From: a virus
Strand: one strand, 5' to 3'
IMG/VR virus record: IMGVR_UViG_3300028841_000391
Span: 1-38,532 of that record
Length of the DNA stretch: 38,532 nucleotides
Below are positions 38,342 to 38,532 of this stretch, piece after piece (the first letter of the stretch is position 1; every line of letters starts with the position of its first letter). Below the pieces are notes generated by a model. The model did no database searches. It saw only the letters and a list, made by a program, of their open reading frames with translations, and was not told where the DNA came from. Position numbers and translations under genes: made by a program.

Positions 38342-38532
38342 TCACACTTCTATAACTCCTTCAAGAAGTTCAGACAGCGTACAACCAAGGGCATTACAAA
38401 TCTTTAGAAGCAGATCCAAAGATGGCTTGCCGAATCGACCGATTTCAATGTTGGAGATATGCGCGCGGCTAATGTTACATTTCTCGGCAAGTTCTTGCGG
38501 CGACAAGTCTAACTGACACCGATATTTGGCTA
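38342..38532 (-). CDS. XRE/Cro-CI family HTH regulator, C-terminal part (5' end lies across the junction at 1-202)
   Basis: The frame continues ...LLKICNALGCTLSELLEGVIEV, with the TGA stop at 38344-38342. The joined length is 252 nt, giving 83 aa. It is a single-domain protein with no peptidase or dimerisation extension. Confidence 0.88.
   Translation of the reverse strand, partial: AKYRCQLDLSPQELAEKCNISRAHISNIEIGRFGKPSLDLLLKICNALGCTLSELLEGVIEV
38392..38532. repeat. Direct terminal repeat, copy 2 (identical to 1-141)
   Basis: Same 141 nt as the left end. This is either a circular-assembly overlap or a genuine terminal redundancy. Confidence 0.97.

Noticed and set aside
1-38532. tRNA genes, integrase/attP, toxin-antitoxin pairs
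   Set aside because: I noticed no GTTCGAATC-type T-arm with a matching acceptor stem, no recombinase-sized ORF with a recognisable catalytic pattern, and no convincing small two-gene TA pair. A tRNAscan/HMM run is needed for certainty.

Overview
This window is a complete tailed-phage genome of about 38.4 kb with a contractile-tail (myovirus-type) layout, and its ends join into a circle. Bases 1-141 repeat exactly at 38392-38532, so the unique length is 38,391 bp. One gene, an 83-aa XRE-type HTH regulator, is split across the window ends.

Layout:
- (i) + strand, about 203-12847: early/accessory arm. It holds a winged-helix replication initiator with internal iteron-like repeats, iterated paralogous small-gene cassettes, an Rnl2-like RNA ligase, an ERF-family annealing protein and a DUF1064-like nuclease.
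- (ii) - strand, 37404 down to 12858: late arm. In order: CHAP/NlpC-like endolysin, TerS, TerL, an inserted block (moron gene, candidate sRNA, strong terminator), Mu gp29-like portal, Mu gpI-like protease/scaffold, decoration-like proteins, major capsid, connectors, sheath, tube, a G/GT-type -1 frameshifted chaperone (slippery GGGAAAG, not visible in the ORF track), tape measure, baseplate, a 977-aa beta-propeller fibre, a second fibre and two small trailing genes.
- (iii) - strand, from the window end down to 37631: XRE regulator, bitopic membrane protein, lipoprotein, 52-aa protein.

The most unusual signal is a five-copy promoter/operator/leader element that heads every early unit. It consists of TTGACA, N16-17, an (extended) -10, AAACTTATT half-sites and a CA-rich leader ACAGAAACAGARACGGAGACAACACC. 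It points to a single-regulator early regulon and to block duplication of promoter plus first gene.

I saw no integrase, transposase, partition genes, tRNA, CRISPR array or reverse transcriptase. All functional calls come from motif recognition by eye plus synteny. No database search was run.
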